A stretch of DNA of 33,342 nt, taken from IMG/VR virus record IMGVR_UViG_3300037851_000691, positions 1 to 33,342 of that record. One strand, 5' to 3'. The position numbers and the translations under genes were made by a program. The notes under the pieces are model-generated. The model had not been told where the DNA came from, made no database searches, and saw only the letters and a list, made by a program, of their open reading frames with translations. This document shows positions 16,077 through 25,605 of this stretch, piece by piece. Position 1 is the first letter of the stretch. Every line of letters starts with the position of its first letter. This DNA is from a virus. Lineage: Duplodnaviria; Caudoviricetes.

Positions 16077-17438
16077 ATGGCGACTGATGATGTGACCTGG
16101 GCGCTGGAGACGCTGGGCGGGCGGCTGACGGCGTATCAACTGGCAGACGACTACTATGACGGGCGGCATCGGCTGGCCTTTGCGACGGATAAGTTCCGCA
16201 GCGCCTTCGGGTCGCTGATCTCGGCGTTCGCCGAGAACCTGTGCTCGTCGGTGGTGGACACGGTGGCCGACCGGCTTCAGGTGAGCGGGTTCGCGGCCGA
16301 TGATGAGGCCGCCATGGCGCTGACGGATGCGCTGTGGCAGGCCAACCGGATGGATCGGCGGGCGGGCGAGGTGCACGCGGAGGCGCTGAAGAGCGGCGAT
16401 GCGTACCTGATCGTCTGGCCGGGCGCCGACGGGACGGCGCGGTTCTATCCGCAGCAGGCCGAACAGGTGTGCGTGTACTACGACCCGGAGGACCCGGGGC
16501 GGATCACGAAGGGGGCGAAGGTGTTCTGGCAGGAGGACCTGCTCGCCTGGCGGGTGAACCTGTACTGCGCCGACCGGATCGAGAAGTACGTAGGGAAGCC
16601 GCAGGGCAAGATGGGCGGTTCGACGTTCCCGACGAACGGCGGGAGCTTCGAGGTCTACCGGCCGGCCGGCGAGAGCTGGCCGCTGCTCAACCCGTGGGGC
16701 GTCGTGCCGGTGTTTCACTTCGGCAACAATGCGGCCACGGGCGCGGTGGGGGTCAGCGAGCTGGCGAACGTCGTGCCGTTGCAGGATGCCCTCAACAAGT
16801 CGCTCACGGACATGCTGGTGGCGATGGAGTTCGTGGCGCTGCCGCAACGCTGGATAACGGGGCTGGAGATCGACATCGACGAGACGACCGGCAAGCCGCT
16901 GATGCCGTTCCAGCCGGGGGCGGATCGGGTGTGGGCGGTGGGCGCGCCGGACGCGCGTTTCGGCCAGTTCGAGGGGGCCGACCTGACGGGGTTCCTGGGG
17001 GCGCAGGACGGTTTTCGGGTGGCGATCGCCCGGGTGAGCCGGACGCCGCTGCACCTGCTGATCACGAATCAGATGGGGGAATATCCGAGCGGCGAGGCGC
17101 TGAAGACGGCGGAGGAGCCGCTGAATGCGAAGGTGCGGGATCGGCAGATCGCCTTCGGCAACGTCTGGGAGGACGCGGTGAGCTTTGCGCTGCGCATGAG
17201 CGGGGTGGAGGTGGAGGGGTTGGCGTGTCAGTGGCAGGACTTCACGGCGCGCAACAGCCAGAGCTACATCGAGGGGTTGCTGCTGAAGAAGCAGCTCGGG
17301 GCCAGCGAAGAGCAGCTGTTGCTGGAGGCGGGCTACAGCGCCGAGGATGTGGCGCGGATGAAGCAGGAACGGGAGGCGGAGACGGCGGACGTCAGTGAAC
17401 AGATCATGGCGGCGTTCGACCGAGGGACAAACGCATAG
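16077..17438 (+). CDS. Portal protein (SPP1 gp6-like)
   Basis: YYDGRH, N...VVD...RL, VVPVFHF, SGEAL motifs; follows terL. Confidence 0.9.
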   Translation: MATDDVTWALETLGGRLTAYQLADDYYDGRHRLAFATDKFRSAFGSLISAFAENLCSSVVDTVADRLQVSGFAADDEAAMALTDALWQANRMDRRAGEVHAEALKSGDAYLIVWPGADGTARFYPQQAEQVCVYYDPEDPGRITKGAKVFWQEDLLAWRVNLYCADRIEKYVGKPQGKMGGSTFPTNGGSFEVYRPAGESWPLLNPWGVVPVFHFGNNAATGAVGVSELANVVPLQDALNKSLTDMLVAMEFVALPQRWITGLEIDIDETTGKPLMPFQPGADRVWAVGAPDARFGQFEGADLTGFLGAQDGFRVAIARVSRTPLHLLITNQMGEYPSGEALKTAEEPLNAKVRDRQIAFGNVWEDAVSFALRMSGVEVEGLACQWQDFTARNSQSYIEGLLLKKQLGASEEQLLLEAGYSAEDVARMKQEREAETADVSEQIMAAFDRGTNA

Positions 17439-17447
17439 GAGGCAGCC

Positions 17448-18284
17448 GTGGGGCAACGGGCCGTCATTGCAGTCATCAACGACACCCACACCGGCTCGGC
17501 GCTGGCGCCATTTCCGGGGGACGCGTGGGAACTGGCGGATGGAAATTGTCTCATGCCGAACGCATGGCAGCAGACGCTGGGGGCGCACTGGGAGGAGTGC
17601 TGGCGGCTGGTTGGGGCGGCGCGCCGGCGCTCTCGGCTGATCATCTGGCACGTGGGGGATGCGACGGAGGGCGTCCACCACGACATGATGCAGATCCACA
17701 GCAATCTGGCCGAAGAGCAAGAGCGGATGCACCTGGCGCTGATGCGGCAGGCGCTGGCGCTGGCGCATTTCAACCCACGGACGGACTCGCTCACCTATTT
17801 CTGCGGGACGCCGGCGCATGGCGATGTGGAGCGGATCGCCCGGGAGCTGCTCGACGCGGACAAGGAGGACGGCCGGCTGGCGACGCCGTACCTGCTGGCC
17901 AGCGTCAACGGCTGCCTGTTCGACGTGGCGCACGAGGGGTTCAGCGAGGGCACGCGCGAGTGGACGCGCGACAACACGATGCGTGCCTACCTAACAAGCC
18001 GTTATCTGTCGAGCCTGAAGCACGGCCGGCCGATGCCGCGCTACGTGCTGCGGGCGCACCGGCATCGTTGGCGGGTGGCGGATGTGCGCGACGACGACGG
18101 GCGGATCATCAGCGAGGGGATGCTGCTGCCGGCGTGGAAGCTGCGCGATGCGTACATCTACCGCAAGTATCCGGAGGGCATCAGCCAGGTGGGAATGGTG
18201 GTGTTCGAGGTGGAGGCGGACGGGGCGAGCCGTTGGCGGGGGCTGACGATGCGGGTCGAGCAAGACGAGGTGATGGAGCTGTGA
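17448..18284 (+). CDS. Calcineurin-like metallophosphoesterase-fold protein
   Basis: DTH, GDATEG, GTPAH, VAH and AHRH motifs in metallophosphoesterase order. Confidence 0.65.
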   Translation: MGQRAVIAVINDTHTGSALAPFPGDAWELADGNCLMPNAWQQTLGAHWEECWRLVGAARRRSRLIIWHVGDATEGVHHDMMQIHSNLAEEQERMHLALMRQALALAHFNPRTDSLTYFCGTPAHGDVERIARELLDADKEDGRLATPYLLASVNGCLFDVAHEGFSEGTREWTRDNTMRAYLTSRYLSSLKHGRPMPRYVLRAHRHRWRVADVRDDDGRIISEGMLLPAWKLRDAYIYRKYPEGISQVGMVVFEVEADGASRWRGLTMRVEQDEVMEL

Positions 18285-18535
18285 CCACGATCTCTCACGA
18301 CGAAGCATACACGGCGTTGCAAGAACTGGTGGAGCTGCTGCGGCCGCATGTCCTGCCCGAGAAGGGGCCGGACGAGTTCACGGTGGCGGAGCTGGCCGAG
18401 GCGATCGGCGTCGAGGTGAACCACATGAAGCTCGTGTTGGATCGCCAGGTGCGCGAGGGGATATTGACCTGCCGGGAAGTGCGGACGCAGGCGCGCCGGA
18501 AGGCGACGGCGTACCGGAGAGCGCGGGATGCCTGA
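18281..18535 (+). CDS. Small winged-HTH protein
   Basis: GTG start overlapping the upstream stop; FTVAELAEAIGVEVNHMKLVLDRQVREG. Confidence 0.65.
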   Translation: MTTISHDEAYTALQELVELLRPHVLPEKGPDEFTVAELAEAIGVEVNHMKLVLDRQVREGILTCREVRTQARRKATAYRRARDA

Positions 18536-19595
18536 ACCAACGCCGACGATCGGGGGCCCGACGATCGGGCGCATTTACCGGACGGCGCTGAAGCAGCGGG
18601 CGGCGTTGTTGCGCGGCGAGCGCCAGGCGGCGGGCGAGCTGGTGCGCGCGTACGGCGGGGTGTGGGAGCGCATCCGGGGCCGGATCGAGGCGCTGCTGGC
18701 GGAGCGGGAGGCGGCGCTGGCGCGCGGGGAGCGGGTAACGGCGGCGTGGCTGTGGCAGTACGAACGGATGACGACGTTGGAGCGCCAGGTCGAGCAGGAG
18801 ATGTGGGGTTTCGCCCGGACGGCGGGCGTGACGATCGCCGAGCAGCAGCGGGCGGCGGTGGCGCTGGCCGAAGAACACGTGTTCGAGCAGGTGGCGGGCG
18901 GACTGGTGCAGCTCAACCGGCTGCCGACGGAGGCCGTGGTGGACCTGGTCGGGTTCACCGGCGACGGCAGCCCGTTGCGCGAGCTGCTCGACGCCCTGGG
19001 ACCGCAGGCGTCGGCGCACGTGCGCGATGCGCTGATCCAGGGGGTGGCGCTGGGGAAGAACCCGCGGGCGATCGCCCGGGAGACGCGGTCGGCGTTCGGA
19101 AGGACGCTGAGCCGGGCGCTGACGGTGTCACGGACGGAGACGCTCCGGGCGTATCGCGAGGCGACGCGGCGCAACTACCAGGAGAACTCCGACGTGGTGC
19201 GGGGCTGGATCTGGGTGTGCGCCTGCACGCCGCGCAGCTGCGCGGCGTGCTTTGCGATGCACGGGACGGTGCACGGGGCGAACGAGCGGCTGGACGGCCA
19301 CCCGAATTGCCGCTGCGTGATGGCGCCCTACACCTACGCGGTGGCGGGGATGGCGGAGCAGGAGCTGCCGGACGCCGGGCCGGAGGTGTTCGCCAAGTTG
19401 AGCGAGGAGGACCAGGTGCGGGTGCTGGGGCCGGCGGCGGCGGCGGCGTATCGGGCGGGTGCGGTGCGGCTGGAGGACTTCGTCGGGCGGCGCCGCAGTC
19501 GGGATTGGGGCTCGACGCGGTACGCCAAATCGCTGGGGGCGGTGGTGGGGCCGGAGCAGGCGCGGGAATGGACGGCGAAGGCGCTGGGACGCTAA
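18528..19595 (+). CDS. Minor head protein (SPP1 gp7 / Mu gpF family)
   Basis: SRTET, CAAC..MHG and HPNCRC motifs. Confidence 0.88.
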   Translation: MPEPTPTIGGPTIGRIYRTALKQRAALLRGERQAAGELVRAYGGVWERIRGRIEALLAEREAALARGERVTAAWLWQYERMTTLERQVEQEMWGFARTAGVTIAEQQRAAVALAEEHVFEQVAGGLVQLNRLPTEAVVDLVGFTGDGSPLRELLDALGPQASAHVRDALIQGVALGKNPRAIARETRSAFGRTLSRALTVSRTETLRAYREATRRNYQENSDVVRGWIWVCACTPRSCAACFAMHGTVHGANERLDGHPNCRCVMAPYTYAVAGMAEQELPDAGPEVFAKLSEEDQVRVLGPAAAAAYRAGAVRLEDFVGRRRSRDWGSTRYAKSLGAVVGPEQAREWTAKALGR

Positions 19596-19697
19596 GGCGT
19601 TGTTAGGTGGGCAGCAGGTACAACGCGTGGGGCGCACGGGGTGCGTGATATGGTGGGGATGACACGGCGGAGAGATTCCGCCAACAAGGAGGGCGTG

Positions 19698-20219
19698 ATG
19701 CCTGACGGTTCTGAACAGGGGGGCCTGGGAGCAGGGGAGCAGGCGGGAGCCGAGACCACGAGCTTCGAGAGCTTCTACGGTGGATTGGATGAGACGGCCA
19801 AGGGGCTGATTGACGGGCACATCACCGGGCTGCGGTCGGCGCTGGACAGCGAGAGGCAGCAGCGCAACGGCCTGGCGAAGCAGATCAAGGAGCTGGCCGC
19901 CAAGGCGGAGAAGGGGTCGGAGCTGGAGAAGCAGCTGACCGATGCGTCCGCTAAGCTCGAATTAGCGGAGCGCCGTGCTACGTTCTACGAGGACGCGGCG
20001 CAGCCTCAAATCGGTTGCACGAACGCCAAGCTGGCGTTCATCCTGGCGCAGACGGAGAACCTGTTCGATCGCCAGGGCCGGCCGGACTGGGCAGCGATCA
20101 AGAGCACGGCGCCGGAGTTGTTTCGCTCGAGCGTCGGCTCGGCGGATGGGGGCGCCGGCGGGCAGAAGCGCACGGCGCTGGACATGAATGCGGCGATCCG
20201 CCGGGCGGCGGGACGCTGA
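19698..20219 (+). CDS. Capsid scaffolding protein
   Basis: Coiled-coil, C-terminal DMNAAIRRAAGR, directly upstream of the capsid gene; AAGGAGG RBS. Confidence 0.75.
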   Translation: MPDGSEQGGLGAGEQAGAETTSFESFYGGLDETAKGLIDGHITGLRSALDSERQQRNGLAKQIKELAAKAEKGSELEKQLTDASAKLELAERRATFYEDAAQPQIGCTNAKLAFILAQTENLFDRQGRPDWAAIKSTAPELFRSSVGSADGGAGGQKRTALDMNAAIRRAAGR

Positions 20220-20241
20220 AACTCGATAAGGAGCAGGTAAG

Positions 20242-21210
20242 ATGGCTTACAACAACATCATCAGCCGGACCGATGCGGCCGCGCTGATCCCACAGGAAGT
20301 CGCAAACGAAATCCTGGACACGGTGCCCGAACAGAGCGCCGTGATGCGGCTGGCGAAGCGGCTGCCGAACATGAGCGCCGCCCAGCGCCGGCTGCCGGTG
20401 GTGAGCGCGTTGCCCACCGCGTACTTCGTGAGCGGCGACACCTCACTCAAGCAGACCTCCGAAGTCAACTGGGAAAATAAGTACATTGACGCCGAGGAGC
20501 TCGCCGTCATCGTACCGATCCCGGAGGCAGTGCTGGACGATTCAGAGTTCGACGTGTGGGGCCAGGTGCGCCCGCTGCTCGAAGAGGCGTTCGGCATTGC
20601 AATCGACCAGGCGGTGCTCTACGGGACGAATATCCCGGCGAGCTGGACGACCGACCTGGGGGCGGCGGGCCTCATCGCAGTGGCGACGGCGGCCAGCCAT
20701 GTGATCAGCCTGGCGTCTTACACGGACCTGTACGAGGCGATCCTGGGCGAGACGGCAGCGGGGGCCGATGGCCTGCTGATGCTGCTCGAAGCGGACGGCT
20801 ACATGGCGACCGGCCACCTGGCGCACACTTCGTTTCGGGGCAAGCTGCGCAACCTGCGCGATGCCAACGGCAACCCGATCTTCCTGCCGTCGATGCAGGC
20901 GCGCGGGCAGTACACGCTGGACGGCGTGCCGATCGAGTTCCCGGTGAACGGGGCGATTTCGGCGACCTACCTGGACATCGTGGGCGACTGGAGCAAGCTG
21001 CTCTACGCGATGCGCCAGGACATCACCTACAAGGTGCTGGACCAGGCGGTGATCCAGGACGCCACCGGCGCCATCGTCTACAACCTGGCGCAGCAGGACA
21101 TGGTGGCGCTGCGGGCGGTGATGCGGCTGGGCTTTGCGCTGCCGAACCCGATCAATCGGATGCAGGGCACGGCGGCCAGCCGCTGCGCGTTTGCGGCTCT
21201 GACGGCATAG
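20242..21210 (+). CDS. Major capsid protein (HK97 fold)
   Basis: ALIPQEVANEI, ELAVIVPIPE, GDWS and QDMVALR motifs. Confidence 0.92.
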   Translation: MAYNNIISRTDAAALIPQEVANEILDTVPEQSAVMRLAKRLPNMSAAQRRLPVVSALPTAYFVSGDTSLKQTSEVNWENKYIDAEELAVIVPIPEAVLDDSEFDVWGQVRPLLEEAFGIAIDQAVLYGTNIPASWTTDLGAAGLIAVATAASHVISLASYTDLYEAILGETAAGADGLLMLLEADGYMATGHLAHTSFRGKLRNLRDANGNPIFLPSMQARGQYTLDGVPIEFPVNGAISATYLDIVGDWSKLLYAMRQDITYKVLDQAVIQDATGAIVYNLAQQDMVALRAVMRLGFALPNPINRMQGTAASRCAFAALTA

Positions 21211-21225
21211 CCGGAGGAGGCTTCA

Positions 21226-21885
21226 ATGGCAATCTTTCCGGCGTGGTTCAAGCCGGCGCTGCCGGGGCAGACTCTCGGCGGCACGGTCCAGACGGCGGCG
21301 CTGTTGCTGGGATCGGGCACCAGCTCGACTCCCACGGACGGCAGCACGACCGCCGACAAGAACTTCCTGGGCTTCTGGCTGAAGTCCAGCGCAACGACGG
21401 GCGACATCCGGGGCCTGTACCTGCGGCTGTACCTGTACGGAGCAGCCGGCGGCGAGGCGATCCGGGGCTATGCGACGGCCAATGCGGCCAATGTGGCGAC
21501 GGGCGGCACGGTGAACGGAGCGCATCTGTCGCTCTCGATCCCGGAGAGCTGCTCGGTGAGCGGGGCGGGCAACGCCCTGCGGGCGACGCTGGGCGCCTCG
21601 GCGCAATCGCGCACGCTGAGCGGCACGCTGGCGGCGATCCAGGTGGACAGTGACATCGGGGCCGACAACACGGTCCCGGCGACGGCGGCCTTCATCCGGG
21701 TGACCGACACGGGGTCGGTCAAGATCGGCAGGTTGCTCAACATCCCGGCGGCGTCGAACTCGACGATCTTTGCGACGCACACCACCCAGGCCATGACCCA
21801 CTCGATTCGGATCACGGACGCCGCCGGCACGCCGTACTACATCATGTGCGCGAGCGCAGCGACCAATCGCGGCGGCGGCTCATAA
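21226..21885 (+). CDS. Putative virion structural/decoration protein
   Basis: Ala/Thr/Gly-rich, beta-rich, follows capsid; GGAGG RBS. Confidence 0.6.
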   Translation: MAIFPAWFKPALPGQTLGGTVQTAALLLGSGTSSTPTDGSTTADKNFLGFWLKSSATTGDIRGLYLRLYLYGAAGGEAIRGYATANAANVATGGTVNGAHLSLSIPESCSVSGAGNALRATLGASAQSRTLSGTLAAIQVDSDIGADNTVPATAAFIRVTDTGSVKIGRLLNIPAASNSTIFATHTTQAMTHSIRITDAAGTPYYIMCASAATNRGGGS

Positions 21886-22052
21886 TGACCAGCGAAGAGC
21901 TTCGGGCGCTCCGCGCCGAGCTGCTGGAGACAAAGGAGAGCCTGTGGGCCGAGCTGAATCAGGCAATCGGCGCATTGGCTCTCCTCGACCATCTGATCGA
22001 AATAGCTGAGAAGGGGCAGGCGACAGGGCCTGCGGAGGAGACAGAATCATGA
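21885..22052 (+). CDS. Small helical hypothetical protein
   Basis: TAATG coupling to the upstream gene; MTSEELRALRAELLE... Confidence 0.6.
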   Translation: MTSEELRALRAELLETKESLWAELNQAIGALALLDHLIEIAEKGQATGPAEETES

Positions 22053-22447
22053 CTGCACCGACTACTACCTACACGACCGGCTGGCTGGTGGTTGAGCTGA
22101 CCGGCGTGACTGCGACGACTGGCGGCGCGATCGCCAGCGTGGCCAACCCGGAAGGGGTCACACTGATCCCGGTCCAGAGCGTGCTGTACATCACCACGGC
22201 CTCGACCGGCGCCGCGAATATCAGTATCGGCATCGCCGCCGACGGGACGACCAGCGCCACTGACATCATCAATGCGCTGGCGATCAACGGAGGTTCTCCG
22301 CCCACGGCCTATAACGGCCAGGTGCTGGCTGCCAAGACCGCCCTCCCGGCTGTCTGGACCACGTCGAAGTACCTGACCGTCACCGGCTCGGCCGATTCTT
22401 CCGGCTTCGTCGGCAAGCTCTACGTCCAGTACATCCGGGCGGCGTGA
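22049..22447 (+). CDS. Putative capsid decoration/structural protein
   Basis: Thr/Ala-rich beta protein ending KLYVQYIRAA; ATGA coupling. Confidence 0.6.
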   Translation: MTAPTTTYTTGWLVVELTGVTATTGGAIASVANPEGVTLIPVQSVLYITTASTGAANISIGIAADGTTSATDIINALAINGGSPPTAYNGQVLAAKTALPAVWTTSKYLTVTGSADSSGFVGKLYVQYIRAA

Positions 22448-22455
22448 GCGGGTGG

Positions 22456-22478
22456 GGGGTGATCGGCGCGATCACCCC
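22456..22478 (+). terminator. Hairpin after the head-gene block
   Basis: GGGGTGATCG-gcg-CGATCACCCC; poor U-tract. Confidence 0.45.
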
Positions 22479-22515
22479 TCGCCGCCTAATGTGTTGTTAG
22501 CTGACGGAGGCGCAG

Positions 22516-22902
22516 ATGAATGAGGCGGTGGCGCTGACCAGACTGCGGGCGATGACGGCCTACGATCAGGCGCCGACGTTGAGCGACGAGGACCTCACGG
22601 CGCTGCTGGATCTGGCGAAGCTGGCCGACAGCGCGGGGCTGGCGCCGTCGGAAGCGGACTGGGTCCCCACGTACGATCTGAACCGGGCGGCGGCCGAGGG
22701 GTGGCGCTGGAAGGCGGCGCAGCTGGCCGGCAGTCATTTCGATTTCTCTGCCGACGGGGCGACCTACAATCGCCAGCAACTGTACACCAACTGCCTGGAG
22801 ATGGCGCGGCGGTACAGTGCGAAGGTGGTGACGGCGGCGTATGCCGTGTCGCAGATGGCGATCGATCATCCGGCGGATGATGAGGACGACCTGACGAATT
22901 AG
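22516..22902 (+). CDS. Head-tail connector/adaptor protein
   Basis: LSDEDL..LL and YDLNRAAAEGWRWKAA pattern; position after head genes. Confidence 0.65.
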   Translation: MNEAVALTRLRAMTAYDQAPTLSDEDLTALLDLAKLADSAGLAPSEADWVPTYDLNRAAAEGWRWKAAQLAGSHFDFSADGATYNRQQLYTNCLEMARRYSAKVVTAAYAVSQMAIDHPADDEDDLTN

Positions 22903-22931
22903 CGCCCGACCCGGGCGCCTGGAGGCAAACG

Positions 22932-23381
22932 ATGGCAAGTGTAATCTACAATAAAGCGCTGCAGCAGATAGCCGCGGGCGAGTACGACCTGAATACAGAT
23001 GATATCCGAGCGCGGCTTGTGATGACTAACACCACATGCGATACCGAGAACGACGGCATCGAACAGTTGGCGGACTTCACCACAATAGATATTGCTGACG
23101 CGACTGGCTACGCCGATATTGACATGACAAGCCTGGCGGTCAACCTGGATGATGCCAATAACCGGGCGGAGTTTGACGCAGCCGATCTGGTGTTCTCTGG
23201 GTTAAGCGGTAACGCGAGCCGCGCTTTCCAAGGTGTGTTGTTGTACATCTATGTGGACGGCACGAACGCCAACGATCTAGCGCTGGCGTTCATTGACTTC
23301 ACCTCGGATATATCGGCCACAGCTACGCAGGTGACTGTGCCGTGGGATAGCGAAGGGATCATTCAGTTTAGTCAAGCGTAA
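22932..23381 (+). CDS. Hypothetical virion protein (lower-GC module)
   Basis: GGAGG RBS; acidic beta-rich; FDAADLVFS and W...GI motifs seen in minor structural proteins. Confidence 0.65.
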   Translation: MASVIYNKALQQIAAGEYDLNTDDIRARLVMTNTTCDTENDGIEQLADFTTIDIADATGYADIDMTSLAVNLDDANNRAEFDAADLVFSGLSGNASRAFQGVLLYIYVDGTNANDLALAFIDFTSDISATATQVTVPWDSEGIIQFSQA

Positions 23382-23389
23382 CGTAAGCG

Positions 23390-24712
23390 ATGGCCTCACC
23401 AACGTTTGTCGCGGTCGGAACTTCTGCAAGCGGCATAACCGATATCTCGGTAGACCTACCGAGCGGTTGGGCGCAGAACGATATCTTGGTTCTCTTTGTG
23501 GAGACGGCAGATCAAGCCGTCTCTACGCCGTCCGGCTGGACTCAAGTTACCGGCTCTCCCAGTAGTTTCACTGCCCTGACGCGTCTGACGGTTTTCTGGA
23601 AACGCGCGGGAAGTAGCGAGTCGAGCGTCACTGTAACCGATCCCGGCAATCACGCCCTGGGCGTGATGATAGCTTTTCGCGGGTGTCCGACCAGCGGCGA
23701 TCCGTTCGATGCCTACGCCGGCAGCAGCGCCTCCGATACGTCGTCTCCGTATAGCTACACCCTGTCCAGTATCACGACGACAGTAGTTGACTGCCTGGTG
23801 ATCCTGGCGGTAGCGTCGGCGGCGGATGACGCCACCAGCCGGGCAAGTGCTTGGACAAATTCAAATCTTACTAGCCTGACAGGACGCTTCGACGCCGGAA
23901 CAACAAGCGGAAACGGCGGTGCGTTGTCAATTGCGACCGGCGAGAAAGCGACAGCCGGATCAACCGGCACTACAAGTGTCACCTGGGATGTAAGCGACTC
24001 CGTCGCCTGGTTGACTCTGTCTCTGAAGCCGCAGACCCAGTTCTCGGCAGGAGTTGCACCAGTCGTCGCCCGCGCAACAATAGTCGCGCCGACAGCGACA
24101 TATCAGGCGCAACTGAGCGCCGCAGTTGCACCGCTGACGGTGCAAGCGGCACTTGTTGCGCCGACAGCGACATATCAAGCACAACTCAGCGCTGCGGTTA
24201 CACCGTTGGTCGTGCAAGCAGTACCCGTTGCGCCGACGGCGACATATCAGGCACAACTCAGCGCCGCAGTTGCACCGCTGACGGTAAATGCAACGCTGCC
24301 CGCCGTGACTGCGACCGCAGTCACGGGTGGCGAGGAAACCGCCACAGTCGCCCCGCTGACGGTGCAAGCAGTACTTGTCGCGCCGACGGCAACATATCAG
24401 GCACAACTCAGCGCTGCGGTTACACCGTTGGTCGTGCAAGCAGTACCCGTTGCGCCGACAGCGACATATCAAGCACAACTCAGCGCCGCAGTTGCACCGC
24501 TGACTGTGCAAGCGGCAGCCGTCGCGCCGACAGCGACATATCAGGCACAACTCAGCGCCGCAGTTGCCCCGCTGACGGTGAGCCTGCTGCTACTGGCAGT
24601 GACGGCTATCGCTCGGACGGCGGCCAGGGCGACCACACCGATGTTTGGTGCAAACGTGCGCAGGCGAGAGGACGATTTGGTTGTGTTTGGCGCGAATGTG
24701 GCGCGGAGGTAG
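23390..24712 (+). CDS. Ser/Thr-rich fibre/spike-like protein with C-terminal 24-aa repeats
   Basis: N-terminal beta domain (PSGWAQNDILVL, VFWKRA), then six VAPTATYQAQLSAAV-containing repeats. Confidence 0.7.
   Translation: MASPTFVAVGTSASGITDISVDLPSGWAQNDILVLFVETADQAVSTPSGWTQVTGSPSSFTALTRLTVFWKRAGSSESSVTVTDPGNHALGVMIAFRGCPTSGDPFDAYAGSSASDTSSPYSYTLSSITTTVVDCLVILAVASAADDATSRASAWTNSNLTSLTGRFDAGTTSGNGGALSIATGEKATAGSTGTTSVTWDVSDSVAWLTLSLKPQTQFSAGVAPVVARATIVAPTATYQAQLSAAVAPLTVQAALVAPTATYQAQLSAAVTPLVVQAVPVAPTATYQAQLSAAVAPLTVNATLPAVTATAVTGGEETATVAPLTVQAVLVAPTATYQAQLSAAVTPLVVQAVPVAPTATYQAQLSAAVAPLTVQAAAVAPTATYQAQLSAAVAPLTVSLLLLAVTAIARTAARATTPMFGANVRRREDDLVVFGANVARR
24083..24580 (+). repeat. 72-bp tandem repeats arranged 3 + linker + 3
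   Basis: Near-identical GCGCCGAC(A/G)GC(G/A)ACATATCA(G/A)GC(A/G)CAACT units. Confidence 0.9.
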
Positions 24713-24717
24713 CAGGC

Positions 24718-25575
24718 ATGAGTCACGAGATCAGCTGGCGACACACCGACACGGGTGTGACCCTGTACGTCACGATCCGCAGCACAGCGCGCACGTACTG
24801 GAACGGGGCGGATTTGGAAGCGCTGACGGTCGCCAATTGGGGCGACTACGACGTAGCGCTGAGCGAGACGCCGGCCTCCTCTTATTTCTATGTCGGCACA
24901 TTTCCAGCGGGGGCTGCAGTTGGTTTCTACTGGCTGGACGTGTTTGTGCAAGCCGGGGCCAGTCCGGCGATCAGCGACACGTTGACAGGGACGATGGCTG
25001 GGTACTGGGACGGCGCGACATTTCGACCGTACGCGCCGAATGCGGTGGAAGTGTCCGATGCGGTGTGGGACGAGGATCTGACGGGGCATACGACGTCCGA
25101 TTCGGCGGGCGAGGCGCTCGGCGAGGTGACGGTGGATCCGACAGTGGCGATCTCGGCGACGCAGGCGGCAGCGGTGGCCAGCGGGATGCTGGCGATCACG
25201 GTGTACGCGACCTGGACGCAGGCGATCACCAGCACGATGGCGCAGGACCTGGGCGGGGCGACGAAGCTGTGGCTGGCGGTGAAGGCTTCCTCACTGGACG
25301 ACGACGACGAATCGGTGTTCTTCATCGAGGAGACGGCCGGGCTGACGGTGCTCAACGGGGCGGAGTACACGACGACAACGGACGGCGCGCTGGCTGTGAC
25401 CGGCTCGGCGGGCGACTGGACGGTGACGGCGACGCTGGCGGTGGACGCGACGGCGGCGCTGGAGACAACGGGGCTGCTGCTGTACGAGCTGAAGGCGCTG
25501 ATCGGCGGGACTGTCTACATCGTCTCGACCGGGCAGGCGCGGGTGCTGATCGGGCTGATCAAGGCCATAGAATAG
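24718..25575 (+). CDS. Hypothetical virion protein
   Basis: Typical codon usage; DAVWDE..GH...SAG motif; within the structural operon. Confidence 0.65.
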   Translation: MSHEISWRHTDTGVTLYVTIRSTARTYWNGADLEALTVANWGDYDVALSETPASSYFYVGTFPAGAAVGFYWLDVFVQAGASPAISDTLTGTMAGYWDGATFRPYAPNAVEVSDAVWDEDLTGHTTSDSAGEALGEVTVDPTVAISATQAAAVASGMLAITVYATWTQAITSTMAQDLGGATKLWLAVKASSLDDDDESVFFIEETAGLTVLNGAEYTTTTDGALAVTGSAGDWTVTATLAVDATAALETTGLLLYELKALIGGTVYIVSTGQARVLIGLIKAIE

Positions 25576-25605
25576 CGCCGCTAAGGGAAGGTTAGGAGAC
25601 AGGAA

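Noticed and set aside
14682-17933. 1083-aa minus-strand ORF (also 28279-30336 -, 8645-9892 + and similar)
   Set aside because: Antisense shadows of well-supported genes in high-GC DNA; Arg/Pro/His-rich with no motifs.
24083-24580. Diversity-generating retroelement TR/VR pair
   Set aside because: Repeats are tandem and in-frame with mainly synonymous differences; no reverse transcriptase in the window.
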